Shown: positions 48,067 through 58,342 of the stretch, piece by piece
Position numbering within the stretch: the first letter of the stretch is position 1
Layout: each line of letters starts with the position of its first letter
Assembly: GCA_036677375.1 (NCBI GenBank)
Contig: JAVBWO010000020.1
Coordinates: 26,960 to 90,959 of the forward strand
Reading direction: 5' to 3'
Length of the DNA stretch: 64,000 nt
Source: Bacillota bacterium
GTDB taxonomy: Bacteria; Bacillota; Dehalobacteriia; UBA4068; UBA4997
Notes under the pieces: model-generated
The model's input: only the letters and a program-made list of their open reading frames with translations
The model's database searches: none
What the model was told of the DNA's origin: nothing
Made by a program: the position numbers and the translations under genes

Positions 48067-50553
48067 TTATTTTAATTTCTCCGCCAGTTTGGCACGGCGG
48101 TCAATGTCCAGCTTCTGAAATATGGTGCGCAAATGGAATCGAACGGTATTCTCCGTTACCATCAGCCTTTGCGCGATCTCGCTGTTATGCAGGCCATCCG
48201 CCGCAAGGAGCGCCACCTCTCGCTCCCTTGCGGTAAGGTCCCCGGGCAGTTCGTCTGCCATGACTCCGTTATGCAGCGTTGTAAAACCGGTAATAAAACG
48301 CTCCCTGATTTCAAGAAAGCGGGCTAGCTGTTGGGGGTATTGTTGCCGGATCAGTTTCTCCGGTAAACCTTTAAGCATCCAATGATATACCGCAAACAAA
48401 TAGACAAAACCGTCGGGCAGTGCTTTTTGAATGGCGTTTTCCAAAAGCTCCTCGGCGCGGCATGGGTTGTCCAGCCACATATGTCCGATAGCGGCCAAAA
48501 TGGAAAGCATCGTATCGGCCAAAGCGTCAACGGGGCGGAGCGCTTCCCGTCCTGCTTCAGCTACTCCCGCAAGCTGTGAGAATTTCCCTTCGTGCATAAA
48601 ATAAGACAGCCGCACAAACAGGGCGTTAAGCTCCATCTCCGGAAGGAGTTTTCCCGTCGTTTCACCGCTTTTTAACCAATCCGCAATACGGTTCTGGTAC
48701 TGCAATTCATTGAGCAGCAAGCCACGCAGCATATCTACCGCGGCATGCAGTACGAAGTTGTTTTGCCCAGGGTAGGAAGCGGCTTGTTCCATTGAGGCAA
48801 TGGCGCGCTGCCAACCCGCCATGTCGGATTTTTCCACCGCAATTTCCGCCAAATGCAGCGCCGCGCCAAGCCGTACTATGCTTTGCTGTTTGCTTTCGGC
48901 AAGGAAAATTGCTTTATAGGCCAGGATCTCCGCTTCGTTTAAGTTTCCCCGATAATGGGCCAGCTCCGCACGAAACAATGCGTCGGCCCCGCTGCCATGG
49001 CCCGCTGTCAACCTGGAATACATGGATAGGTATTCTGCCAGGGCGGCGGCCTCCCGGTCTGCTTCTCCAGGGCTATTATGAAATACGGCAAGCTGGGAAT
49101 AGTTGCCGAAGCACCACGGCGCGGAGGGCAAAATCACCCGCGAACAGGTTCCTTGAAAAAGCGGGGCGGCCCGCTTCAAAAGGGTAGCCATTTCGTCCAG
49201 ATGGGGTAGGCGCCGCCAAGAGGAAACTAACAGCCATTCCCCACGCAAAAGAGAAGCGTCTTCAGCGCCGCTTTCCTCCAGCATGTCCAGCATAGTATAT
49301 AGCTCTGCCATTAATAAATCAAACTCGGTGTTCTTTCCCACTGTCAGAAGGGCCCAGGCGATCTGAAGCATGGAAAGGATGTTTGCCTTTTTGATTTCAT
49401 ACGGGCAGTTTTGCGCAATGTCCAAAGCCAGATGAGGAAAAAGCACATTTCCAATGGATTCTAATGTTATATGGGAAAGGTCAAGAGAAAGCATCCGTTC
49501 ATAGTCTTTCATTTGCATATAAAAGGCCAGAGCCTTGTCAGTTTCGCCTTCATTCCGGTAATAATCGCCCGCCTTAAGCAGACATTGGCGTTCAAAGGCG
49601 GCTCCGCGCTCTTTTCGCTTCTGAATCAGAAGTTCCGACAGGATGCTGTGCAGTTCATAGCGTTTTTCGGCCGCTTCATAGCGGATGAATGGACTGCCAA
49701 GGGCATCCAACGCGGATGGAAGCAATGTGTCGCAACCCATAAGGGTACAGGCTTGCTGTACCGTAACCATATCAAAAGGCGACAGGCTTAAAAGAAATGT
49801 TTGCTGCTCATTGGATAGCGTATCCCATACCAGGTGCTCCATCAATGACAGGATACCGGATCTGTCTGAAACCGACTTTCTTTCACGGTATGTGCAAAGC
49901 TGTAGATAAACTCCAATGATCCAACCTTCGGTGCAGCGAAATACCGTATGCGCGTCCTCAGGGGTAATATCCACAGCTGCAAGAGCATAATAACGCCGGA
50001 TATCTTCGGCATCCAGCCGAAGGTCGGCAGCGGTAATATGTAAAATGCCGTGGCCGGTTATATAGGCAATCATATCCCGCTTGAACATCTGAGCCGCCAT
50101 GATGATATGTAACCCCCCGCCGCCATGTTCCAGCAACGCGATTAAAAAAGAAGCCGGCAGGTTGGTTTGCAGGAATTGAAAATTATCAATCACAAGATAG
50201 GTTTCATGCTTGCATTCAATGGAACGCAGCGCGTCACAGGCTTCCCCGACGGTAGCGGCGTTGGGCAGCTCGGTCTTGAGAAGACGTTGTCCCGCCCCGC
50301 TGTCGATCTTGTCGATCTCACGGCAAAGCCTCCGAAAGCCTGCGGCGGGTGCTTCATCCGTTGCGGTGAACCAATAGACGGACGTGTTTTGCGGAATTCC
50401 GGTTTCCAAGAAATCGCGTATCGCCGTCGTTTTGCCGTAGCCGGAGGGAGCCTCCACAACGGTTGCGGGCGCATAACAAAGCATATTTAACTTTTGTTTC
50501 AGACGTTCTGAATAATAATGTGGCTCGCTTTTGCCGGTTTTCTGATACGCCAT
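48067..50553 (-). CDS. MalT-like large ATP-binding LuxR-family transcriptional regulator
   Basis: N-terminal P-loop (APSGYGKTT), central TPR-like helical region and C-terminal LuxR HTH (LTAREREVALLAADGLHNSEIAQRLMVTENTVRFHLRTIFQKL). Confidence 0.8.
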   Translation of the reverse strand: MAYQKTGKSEPHYYSERLKQKLNMLCYAPATVVEAPSGYGKTTAIRDFLETGIPQNTSVYWFTATDEAPAAGFRRLCREIDKIDSGAGQRLLKTELPNAATVGEACDALRSIECKHETYLVIDNFQFLQTNLPASFLIALLEHGGGGLHIIMAAQMFKRDMIAYITGHGILHITAADLRLDAEDIRRYYALAAVDITPEDAHTVFRCTEGWIIGVYLQLCTYRERKSVSDRSGILSLMEHLVWDTLSNEQQTFLLSLSPFDMVTVQQACTLMGCDTLLPSALDALGSPFIRYEAAEKRYELHSILSELLIQKRKERGAAFERQCLLKAGDYYRNEGETDKALAFYMQMKDYERMLSLDLSHITLESIGNVLFPHLALDIAQNCPYEIKKANILSMLQIAWALLTVGKNTEFDLLMAELYTMLDMLEESGAEDASLLRGEWLLVSSWRRLPHLDEMATLLKRAAPLFQGTCSRVILPSAPWCFGNYSQLAVFHNSPGEADREAAALAEYLSMYSRLTAGHGSGADALFRAELAHYRGNLNEAEILAYKAIFLAESKQQSIVRLGAALHLAEIAVEKSDMAGWQRAIASMEQAASYPGQNNFVLHAAVDMLRGLLLNELQYQNRIADWLKSGETTGKLLPEMELNALFVRLSYFMHEGKFSQLAGVAEAGREALRPVDALADTMLSILAAIGHMWLDNPCRAEELLENAIQKALPDGFVYLFAVYHWMLKGLPEKLIRQQYPQQLARFLEIRERFITGFTTLHNGVMADELPGDLTAREREVALLAADGLHNSEIAQRLMVTENTVRFHLRTIFQKLDIDRRAKLAEKLK

Positions 50554-51051
50554 GTTTGTGACCTCTTATGTATGCCTTGTTTTTGAGACGGATTTTTGAT
50601 TTTTCACGTTCATCTTGAATCCAGCAATCCTTAATTATATTATATATTAGAAAAGTAAAGAGAAGCAACCATAGGATCGTTGCCGATCAAAGGGTGCATC
50701 AGTTTTGAAATCATGTATGATGCAATCGGAAAACCGGTTGTGACCTGCAATGGCGGAGTAAATCAAGCGAAAGCTTGTTAAAAGCTAAAACAGTTGATTG
50801 CTTTTGCACAATGGGCAAAGACGTGGGTCTGCCTGCTCACTTTATCTAACGCAGTCGGTGATTCCTGAAGCCACAGGCTTTTTTATGTTTTGACTGAATA
50901 AATAGTAAGCATTATTTTGTGTCTATCAACAAAGGGGAAAACAAACATGGGATCTAATTAGTAATATGAAAAAACCAACAGGCAAATAAGGCGGCAAAAG
51001 ATTAAAAAGTCTTTTAGTTCTTGAGATTTTTGGCATGCTGTTATCACAAAA

Positions 51052-51828
51052 ATGATATGGGCGGATGGTTTTAACACAAGCAAAAGAAATATGGAAATCA
51101 TTTTGGAGGTGCTGTCCTTGAACCCGGAAGTTTCTGAAATCGCCAATTCCCCAGGGTTTTGGCTCATTGGTATCCCTATGGTTTTGGTGATGTTGTTTCA
51201 AGCCTATCTTTTTATGAAGAAGGCATGGTGTTGCGGTTTGAAAATGGGAATGTCCAAAGAGCAGATGATGCGTGGCTTGAGAAGCGGCGCTATCACATCC
51301 ATCGCGCCTTCTTTCAGTATTTTGATCGCTTTGGTCGGCTTGATCGCCATCGTAGGCGGCGCCTTTGCCTGGCAGCGTCTTTCCGTTGTCGGTTCTATTA
51401 TGTACATAGGGTTTACCGTGCAGACAGCATTGAACGCTATAGGGACAACCGTTGGAGGTTCTGGTTATACGCCGGATGCTTTTGCCAATTGCGTATGGGT
51501 CATGGCCATTGGTTCCGGCGGCTGGCTTTTGGTTACCGCGCTGTTTACGCATAAGCTGGAGTGGGTACGCAGGAAAGCTGTCCGCGGTCAAACAGAATTG
51601 CTGCCTGTTTTGACCATATGCGCTATTTTAGGTACTTTCGGTTATCTGGTCTCTAAGCACGCCGTCACTGTCAGCCGTTCTACCATTGCTATGATTGTCG
51701 GAGCTTTATGCGTTATTTTACTGAATGAAGTTTCAGAGAAAAAAGGCAAAAAATGGCTCAAAGAATGCTCCTTGGGTTTGGCAATGCTGGCGGGGATGTT
51801 TGCCGCTATCATCGGCATGACACTTTAG
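51052..51828 (+). CDS. uncharacterised polytopic membrane protein (first of a pair)
   Basis: Six to seven TM helices. Start uncertain (51052/51093/51166). Divergent from the MalT-like regulator. Confidence 0.5.
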   Translation: MIWADGFNTSKRNMEIILEVLSLNPEVSEIANSPGFWLIGIPMVLVMLFQAYLFMKKAWCCGLKMGMSKEQMMRGLRSGAITSIAPSFSILIALVGLIAIVGGAFAWQRLSVVGSIMYIGFTVQTALNAIGTTVGGSGYTPDAFANCVWVMAIGSGGWLLVTALFTHKLEWVRRKAVRGQTELLPVLTICAILGTFGYLVSKHAVTVSRSTIAMIVGALCVILLNEVSEKKGKKWLKECSLGLAMLAGMFAAIIGMTL

Positions 51829-51847
51829 CGGAAGGAATCAACCTACT

Positions 51848-52525
51848 ATGAATAAGAATGAAATTTACTGCAATGATTTGATTAAACCCATCATATTTTG
51901 GGGGCGCATCACCAATCTGCTTGCCTTTTTTTTGGCATTTTTACCTGCAGCCTATTTATGGTTGGTTTGGGACGCTCTTCCGCCTGCCGCCGCCGTCATT
52001 TCCGGTTCCGCCTCGGTTATTCTGGGGTTTTCCGGCGTTTTTTGGATTGTGGAACCGATTTCTTATTATCCTATTTTAGGCGTTCCAGGCACCTACATGA
52101 GCTTTCTTGCGGGAAATATTTCCAATATGCGGCTGCCATGCGCCGCCGTTGCCCAGGAGGCCGCCGGAGTGGAGGAAGGCTCCCCGGAAGGCACGGTTAT
52201 TTCCGTTTTAGGGATAGGAGCTTCCGTCTATATTCATGTAATCGTCATGGTGATTGGCGTCTTGATCGGCAGCCGGCTGGTATCTCACTTTCCCCCGTTG
52301 CTGTCTTCTGCCTTCGATTATATTTTGCCGGCGGTATTCGGCGGCGTATTCGGTCAATTTGCGGTAAAAAATTTTCATGTGGCCACGATTGCCTTTCTTT
52401 TAGGCTGTCTTGCCAATATGGGCGGGCTTTTGCCCCAATTCATCGGCCTGCCGGTTTGTATCTTTCTGACGATCTTTGGGGGGATGCAAATAGAAAAAAG
52501 AAAAAAGACGAAACAAGGCGTTTAA
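51848..52525 (+). CDS. uncharacterised polytopic membrane protein (second of a pair)
   Basis: Six TM helices, Lys-rich C-terminus. 20 nt downstream of the previous gene. Confidence 0.5.
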   Translation: MNKNEIYCNDLIKPIIFWGRITNLLAFFLAFLPAAYLWLVWDALPPAAAVISGSASVILGFSGVFWIVEPISYYPILGVPGTYMSFLAGNISNMRLPCAAVAQEAAGVEEGSPEGTVISVLGIGASVYIHVIVMVIGVLIGSRLVSHFPPLLSSAFDYILPAVFGGVFGQFAVKNFHVATIAFLLGCLANMGGLLPQFIGLPVCIFLTIFGGMQIEKRKKTKQGV

Positions 52526-52604
52526 ACGGAAGAAAGGGCTTTCCCTGGGTTTTTCCAAGTTGCCGTTTCAATATGCAAATATTTTTTTTAACGCAAAAAC
52601 AAAA

Positions 52605-52643
52605 CTGCCTGTTGAAGAAGCCTTCAGCAGGCAGCTTTTATTT
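52605..52643 (+). terminator. rho-independent terminator
   Basis: CTGCCTGTTGAAG-AAGC-CTTCAGCAGGCAG followed by CTTTTATTT. Confidence 0.7.
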
Positions 52644-52765
52644 GGCGGATGCTTGTCTGACGGCAAAGAGTATTTTGAATCATAGATTGTGGAACCATTT
52701 TTTCTTCATAATTATAAGAACCGTATATAAGAAAGCAGGATTAGCAAGAATTATAAAAATTTTTA

Positions 52766-52793
52766 TTGACATATGCCCAAAATTAGATATAAT
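52766..52793 (+). promoter_or_regulatory. sigma-A-type promoter candidate (TTGACA-16 nt-TATAAT) for the metallocluster gene cluster
   Basis: TTGACA at 52766-52771 and TATAAT at 52788-52793. RBS AAGGAGG at 52823-52829. Confidence 0.5.
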
Positions 52794-52838
52794 GAAAGAG
52801 TAAATGGCATATGACAAAAACTAAAGGAGGTGTGTAAT

Positions 52839-53084
52839 ATGCCGGGAAGAGACAAAACAGGTCCATTAGGAAACGGAGCAATGACAGGTAGAGGTTTTGG
52901 TTTATGCTCGGGTGGCGGCGCGAAAATTGCAGGCTCAGGCATGGGGTTTGGTTTTCGGAGAGGTTGCAGAAGAAACCGGGCTGAGGCTATGTTTGCGGCT
53001 AAGCCGCGAAAAGAGATGTTGGAGGAACAAAAAAAGTTTCTGGAAAGCAGGCTTTCTGTTATCAACAAAGAATTAAAAAATTGA
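52839..53084 (+). CDS. DUF5320-family small protein
   Basis: Starts MPGRDKTGPLGNGAMTGRGFGLC, typical of DUF5320. Coiled-coil C-terminus. Confidence 0.6.
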   Translation: MPGRDKTGPLGNGAMTGRGFGLCSGGGAKIAGSGMGFGFRRGCRRNRAEAMFAAKPRKEMLEEQKKFLESRLSVINKELKN

Positions 53085-53310
53085 TCCCAAAGTTTTCGGA
53101 ACACGGTTTGAGGGGTGCTTATCTGTTAAAAGCAAAAAAAGGACATGCCTGAAATTGGTTTTCGTCATGTCCGCACAAGAGCCCTCAAAGGCTTATACCG
53201 CTTATGACGGCATTGCATCGTCGTATGACAGTCTGAAACCGGAGGATCCACTGAAGCGAAGCGACAAAGGATAGCGTCTGTTGCTTATGCATAAAATGAG
53301 GTGAAAAGAT

Positions 53311-53697
53311 ATGTCGCGACCCAGAAAATGCCGTAAAGTCTGCTGTTTGCCGCAAAGCAATCATTTCGGTCCGTTGAATGGGGGCAATCATCAGATGAAT
53401 GTAGTGATGATGACCGTTGACGAATACGAAACCATACGCCTGATCGACCTGCAGAATTTTACCCAGGAGGAATGCGCCGAGCAAATGCATATCGCACGCA
53501 CCAGCGCCCAGAGAATCTACAACGAGGCCAGAAAAAAACTGGCTGATGTTTTGGTGAATGGGAAAATCCTGCGCATTGAAGGCGGTGATTATCAGCTTTG
53601 CGACGGTTTGGAAAATACCTGCCGGTGCGGCGGCTGCCGCAGACACCGAGCCATGACCGGGCAAAAGAAGGATGAAAACGGCGATAACGATGGATAG
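53311..53697 (+). CDS. DUF134/UPF0251-family protein (putative DNA-binding)
   Basis: Starts [21 protein letters not shown], a DUF134 hallmark. C-terminal CxC/CxxC cluster. Confidence 0.65.
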   Translation: MSRPRKCRKVCCLPQSNHFGPLNGGNHQMNVVMMTVDEYETIRLIDLQNFTQEECAEQMHIARTSAQRIYNEARKKLADVLVNGKILRIEGGDYQLCDGLENTCRCGGCRRHRAMTGQKKDENGDNDG

Positions 53698-53866
53698 TTT
53701 GTGTACTGTTCGATTTTTCATTTCCTGCCTGCCGTGATTGGGCAGACAGGAAATGAAAAGCTTCTGATAGAAAGAAGGTTCAGTCAAATCCGTAATCTGC
53801 GGATCAAATTGAGCCGCGATGAAGTGCCACCGGTAAAAAAATAAGGTTTAGAAAGGAGCTTTTTCA

Positions 53867-54235
53867 ATGAAAGTAGCAATTCCTGCGGATGAAAAATCCT
53901 TGATGGGGGATGTCTGTCCATCTTTCGGGCGGGCGCCTTATTTTGCAATCTACGATATAGAAACGAAAGAAAATGTGTTTTTTGAAAACGGAGCTGCCGC
54001 AAGCCAGGGCGGCGCGGGAATCAAAGCGGCCCAGTCCATTGTTGATCAGGGTGTGAAAGCTTTGCTAACGCCCCGCTGTGGTGAGAATGCCGCCGAGGTC
54101 TTAAAGGCTGCCGGTATTGCGCTTTATAAAACGGCGCCTGGTTCTGTTCTGCAAAATATTGAAGCTTTTGCTGACGGCAAGCTTCCTTTATTGCAGGATA
54201 TCCATCCGGGATTTCACGGTCATGGCGGGCAATAG
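53867..54235 (+). CDS. NifX/NafY/NifB-C-terminal-like dinitrogenase FeMo-cofactor-biosynthesis family protein (COG1433)
   Basis: MKVAIPADE...CPSFGRAPYFAIYD...ALLTPRCGENA matches the MKIAVAS/HFGH-type fold family. RBS AAAGGAG. Confidence 0.65.
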   Translation: MKVAIPADEKSLMGDVCPSFGRAPYFAIYDIETKENVFFENGAAASQGGAGIKAAQSIVDQGVKALLTPRCGENAAEVLKAAGIALYKTAPGSVLQNIEAFADGKLPLLQDIHPGFHGHGGQ

Positions 54236-54236
54236 C

Positions 54237-55094
54237 ATGAGGATCGCCGTATTAAGCGGCAAGGGCGGCACCGGCAAGACTTTGGTCTCGGTGAACCTGG
54301 CGGCGGTGGCGCAGGATGCCGCTTATATTGATTGTGATGTGGAAGCACCGAACGGTCATCTTTTTTTGAAACCGGAAGGTGTTGTGAGCCAGCCGGTGAC
54401 GGTGAAGATTCCCTATGCGGATCCCGCCCGTTGCAACGGGTGCCGCCAATGCGTGCGCTTCTGTAAATTCAACGCTTTGGCCCATATCGGAAATAAGCTG
54501 CTGGTCTTTGAAGAGGTCTGCCATTCCTGCGGCGGCTGCCTGCTGATATGCCCCCAAAAGGCTTTATCGGAAAAAGAAAAAATCATCGGAGCCGTACAGG
54601 AAGGGATGTCCGGCCATATCACCGTAAAGAGCGGTATTTTAAATACCGGGGAAGCATCCGGCGTTCCCATTATTAAGGCTCTCTTAAATGGTATTGCCGA
54701 TATGACGGGAGATATTTTTATCGACTGTCCTCCCGGCAGCGCCTGTATTGTTATGGAAAGTATCAAAGAGGCGGATTATTGTATTCTGGTGGCGGAGCCG
54801 ACAATTTTTGGGGTGCATAATTTGGCCATGGTCCACCGCTTGGTTCAAATATTTCAAAAGCCCTATGGCGTAGTGTTGAACAAGTGTCTGGAGGCGGAAA
54901 ACCCCGCCGAGGAATTTTGCAAACAGCAGGGCATCAAGGTTTTGGGCGCCATTCCTTTTGATCATGAACTGGGCAGGATGAATTCCGATGCCTTGATCGC
55001 GGCGGCCGAAAGCCGGAAGTATGAAGAATTATTTTCCGGTTTGTTGGGTACCGTACGAAAGGAGGCGCGGGATGCGGCAGCTATTGATTCTTAG
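54237..55094 (+). CDS. MinD/Mrp-superfamily P-loop ATPase with inserted 2x[4Fe-4S] ferredoxin domain (COG1149 type), copy 1
   Basis: Deviant Walker A GKGGTGKT plus CNGCRQCVRFC...CHSCGGCLLICP. Alternative in-frame start at 54222. Confidence 0.75.
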   Translation: MRIAVLSGKGGTGKTLVSVNLAAVAQDAAYIDCDVEAPNGHLFLKPEGVVSQPVTVKIPYADPARCNGCRQCVRFCKFNALAHIGNKLLVFEEVCHSCGGCLLICPQKALSEKEKIIGAVQEGMSGHITVKSGILNTGEASGVPIIKALLNGIADMTGDIFIDCPPGSACIVMESIKEADYCILVAEPTIFGVHNLAMVHRLVQIFQKPYGVVLNKCLEAENPAEEFCKQQGIKVLGAIPFDHELGRMNSDALIAAAESRKYEELFSGLLGTVRKEARDAAAIDS

Positions 55095-55926
55095 CGGCAA
55101 AGGCGGTACGGGCAAGACCACCGTTGCCAGCGCTTTTATCAGGCTTTCTCATGCCAGAGCCTTTGCGGACTGCGATGTGGACGCACCTAACCTGCATTTG
55201 GTCATACAGCAGCAGACGCCGCCCCGGCGCTCGGATTATTATGGTTTGCCGAAAGCGGTGATCAATCCTGATCTTTGCATCCGTTGTGATCTGTGCCGTC
55301 AGAATTGCCGGTTTGAAGCCATCCAGGATCAGGGCAGCTATCAGGTAAACCCCTACGCCTGTGAAGGCTGCGGCGTCTGCGAAGCGTCGTGCCCGGCTGG
55401 CGCCGTATCTTTTCTCCCGGCGGTGGTAGGCGAACTGATGCTTTATGAAGGACAAGAGGTGTTTTCCACAGCGGAGCTGAAAATGGGAAGCGGCACTTCC
55501 GGAAAATTAGTCACGGAAGTAAAAAAACAAATGAAGATCGCCGCCCCTAAGGCCTATCTGGCAATCATCGACGGGTCTCCCGGCATCGGCTGTCCCGTGA
55601 TCGCTTCTTTGAGCGGCGTAGATTTGGTCCTTATCGTGACGGAGCCTTCTCTTTCAGGTATCAGCGATATGGAGCGCATTATTAAGACGGCGAAACAATT
55701 CGGTACTAAGGTTGCCGTATGCATCAATAAATATAATACCAACATTGCCAATACGGCAAAAATCAAAAAATATTGCCAGGAAAATAGTTTGCCCTACGTT
55801 GGCAAGATCCCTTATGACCCATATGCTGTCAAAGCAATCAACTCCGGCTTAAGCATCGTGGACGTGGATTGCGCGGCGGGCAGCGCCGTAAAAGCTGTCT
55901 TTAAAAAGACCGTTGATCTGCTTTAA
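55072..55926 (+). CDS. MinD/Mrp-superfamily P-loop ATPase with inserted 2x[4Fe-4S] ferredoxin domain, copy 2
   Basis: GKGGTGKTT plus CIRCDLCRQNC...CEGCGVCEASCP. RBS AAAGGAGG upstream of the ATG at 55072. It overlaps copy 1 by 23 nt. Confidence 0.75.
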   Translation: MRQLLILSGKGGTGKTTVASAFIRLSHARAFADCDVDAPNLHLVIQQQTPPRRSDYYGLPKAVINPDLCIRCDLCRQNCRFEAIQDQGSYQVNPYACEGCGVCEASCPAGAVSFLPAVVGELMLYEGQEVFSTAELKMGSGTSGKLVTEVKKQMKIAAPKAYLAIIDGSPGIGCPVIASLSGVDLVLIVTEPSLSGISDMERIIKTAKQFGTKVAVCINKYNTNIANTAKIKKYCQENSLPYVGKIPYDPYAVKAINSGLSIVDVDCAAGSAVKAVFKKTVDLL

Positions 55927-55941
55927 GAAGAGGGGAAACGT

Positions 55942-56766
55942 ATGATTATCAAAACCTTGCTGGAGAACACCGCGGTTTCCGCAGAATATCAAAGTGAGCA
56001 CGGGCTCAGCTTATATCTTGAGACCCGGCTACACAAAATTTTATTTGATTTTGGCAAAAGCCGGTTATTTTTGGAAAATGCCGCAAAAATGGGAGTGGAC
56101 ATTTCAAAAGTCGATATGGCGATTTTATCCCATGGACACTCTGATCATGGCGGCGGCTTAAAGGCTTTTTTGCAGGAAAACCAAAAAGCCAAGGTTTATA
56201 TCCATGCCAAAGCTTTTGAAAGACATTATGCAAAGCGGCCCGGCGGGGTGGTGGAAGACATCGGCCTGGACCCGTCCTTAAAGGAAAACGAGCGGATCAT
56301 TCTTACCGGAGATCATTTGGTGATCGATGAAGAGCTGGAGCTTTTTGCCGATGTCCGGGGGCAAGAGCTCTGTTCTTTGTCCAATCAGGCTTTATTGATG
56401 GACGGGGCAGCCGGCTTGGTGCAAGATACCTTTGCCCATGAACAGAACCTGATCGTGACGGAATCCGGTAAAACCGTGCTGCTGGCGGGTTGCGCCCACC
56501 GCGGTATCGTCAATATCGTGAAGTCTTTCATTGCCAGGACCGGCCGGCCTGCCGACTGTGTTATCGGCGGTTTCCATCTTTTTAACCCAGGCACCAAAAA
56601 AAGCGAGGAACCGGCTTTGGTTCATGCCGTTGGGCAATATCTGAAAGAAACGGGCTCTTTCTACGGCACTTGCCATTGTACCGGCCCGGAAGCTTTTGCC
56701 CAATTGCGGGAGGTTTTGGGGAACCAAATTCATTATTGCGCCGCGGGGGATGTATTGGAGATATAA
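55942..56766 (+). CDS. MBL-fold metallo-hydrolase
   Basis: HxHxDH motif (SHGHSDHGGG) plus downstream His/Asp ligands. Confidence 0.75.
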   Translation: MIIKTLLENTAVSAEYQSEHGLSLYLETRLHKILFDFGKSRLFLENAAKMGVDISKVDMAILSHGHSDHGGGLKAFLQENQKAKVYIHAKAFERHYAKRPGGVVEDIGLDPSLKENERIILTGDHLVIDEELELFADVRGQELCSLSNQALLMDGAAGLVQDTFAHEQNLIVTESGKTVLLAGCAHRGIVNIVKSFIARTGRPADCVIGGFHLFNPGTKKSEEPALVHAVGQYLKETGSFYGTCHCTGPEAFAQLREVLGNQIHYCAAGDVLEI

Positions 56767-56816
56767 ATGAAGGAGACAAAACAGGTTGTTCATTAATTAA
56801 AACGGAGGGAAAGTAT

Positions 56817-57173
56817 ATGAAAATTGCAGTTGCAAGCGAAGGGAAAATGGTAACGGAGCATTTCGGTCATTGTGAGAATTTTAATATATTTGAAGCGGAA
56901 GAGGGACAGATCACGAAGAGAACTTCCGTGGCCAATCCTGGGCATAAACCGGGATTTCTGCCTAATTTCCTCAATGATGCGGGGGTTAATGTGATTATTT
57001 CCGGCGGTATGGGTGGCGGCGCCGTCGAGATCTTTAACGAAAAGGGTATTGAGGTGATCACCGGTGCCAGCGGCGATGCCGAAACCGTTGTGCAGAAGTA
57101 TCTGAAAGGCCAATTGCGCTCCACCGGCTCCATTTGCCATCAGCACCAGCATCATGGAGAATGCGGTAATTAA
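56817..57173 (+). CDS. NifX/NafY-like dinitrogenase FeMo-cofactor-biosynthesis family protein, copy 2, with His-rich C-terminus
   Basis: MKIAVASEGKMVTEHFGHCENFNIFE... and C-terminal CHQHQHHGECGN. RBS GGAGGG upstream. Confidence 0.65.
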   Translation: MKIAVASEGKMVTEHFGHCENFNIFEAEEGQITKRTSVANPGHKPGFLPNFLNDAGVNVIISGGMGGGAVEIFNEKGIEVITGASGDAETVVQKYLKGQLRSTGSICHQHQHHGECGN

Positions 57174-57300
57174 ATCAAGAATAAAAGACCTTCCCCCGGG
57201 GCTTCCTGTCTCAAAAGCCGTATGCTATACTTTAAGCAGATAAATTGTCCCGGGCAGATTGAAAAAAGTCTTTTATCATAGAGCAGGAAGGTGTTGTGTG

Positions 57301-57690
57301 ATGTTTTGCGGTTCGTTTAACGATAAAGTAATCGAACATTTTACAAACCCGAGAAATGTCGGCGTCATGGAAGACGCCGACGCCGAAGGAACCTGCGGCG
57401 ATCCTGGATGCGGCGATTATTTGATCGTCTATATCAAAGTGAAAGATCAAATCATCACGGATATCAGTTTCTTAGTATTCGGCTGTGTCGCCGCCATTGC
57501 CACCAGCAGCGTAACGACGGAACTAGCCAAGGGCAAGACCCTGGAGGAAGCTGCCAAAGTGACCGACACCGATATCGTTGCCGCTTTGGGCGGGTTGCCT
57601 GAAAATAAGCTGCATTGTTCTGTTTTGGGGGCAACAGCTTTGCAAAATGCCATTAAAAATTATTGTACCGGTAAAGCCGCTTGTTCTTAA
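57301..57690 (+). CDS. NifU N-terminal/IscU-like Fe-S cluster scaffold protein
   Basis: HFTNPRNVG, the three ligand cysteines (GDPGCGD; FGCVAA; HCSVL) and LPENKLHC. Confidence 0.75.
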   Translation: MFCGSFNDKVIEHFTNPRNVGVMEDADAEGTCGDPGCGDYLIVYIKVKDQIITDISFLVFGCVAAIATSSVTTELAKGKTLEEAAKVTDTDIVAALGGLPENKLHCSVLGATALQNAIKNYCTGKAACS

Positions 57691-57758
57691 AGCGGCTCTG
57701 CCTTTTTCTGAAGTAAAATCTGCTTGATCATAAATTTCATGTAAAAGGAGCTGTTGAA

Positions 57759-58250
57759 ATGGAAAAAAGAGAAGCCAAAATGAAATCTTGTTTGCAACCC
57801 ATGCCTAAAGTACTGGTTTCCTGCAGAGGGTTGGATGGTGAAAACAATGCCCTTGCCGTAGCCTACTGCGGCAATTGCAGCTATGATCCTCCCATGGTCA
57901 TGGTGGGCATTGTACCGACGCGTTATTCTTATAAAATGGTAAAAGAATCCGGTTGCTTTGTGGTGAATCTTGTGGATAAAGCCGGACAGGAGATGTTTGA
58001 TTATTTGGGTAGCCACAGCAAACGCGACGGGGATAAACTGGCGGCGGCCAAGGTTCGTTTGGCGGAAGGCCAAAAAGTGAATGCGCCTGTCTTAGCCGAT
58101 TGCCCCGTGAATATTGAGTGCCGGGTTGTTGACTCCATCGTGACCGGGTCTCATGAAATGTTTATCGGCAAAGTGGAGTATGTGCACGCCGCGGCGGAAC
58201 TGTTGGACGGAGAAGGCAATCTTGATTATTCCCAGATCAGCTTTCTGTAA
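57759..58250 (+). CDS. flavin reductase-like / flavoredoxin (FMN-binding split-barrel)
   Basis: PKVLVSCR...NALAVAYCGN...PPMVMVGI pattern typical of the Flavin_Reduct family. RBS AAGGAG. Confidence 0.65.
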   Translation: MEKREAKMKSCLQPMPKVLVSCRGLDGENNALAVAYCGNCSYDPPMVMVGIVPTRYSYKMVKESGCFVVNLVDKAGQEMFDYLGSHSKRDGDKLAAAKVRLAEGQKVNAPVLADCPVNIECRVVDSIVTGSHEMFIGKVEYVHAAAELLDGEGNLDYSQISFL

Positions 58251-58342
58251 TGACGGCGTCGCTGCTTGGAACGGTTTGAAATCATATTATTTAAAACCAT
58301 ACTAGCGTTTCGGCCATTGAACCGGGCACAAAGGGAGTGTTT

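Noticed and set aside
50926-51591. 221-aa minus-strand ORF overlapping the 51052-51828 membrane-protein gene
   Set aside because: The plus-strand frame encodes well-formed TM helices and is followed by a second similar gene. The minus-strand translation is low-complexity with no RBS.
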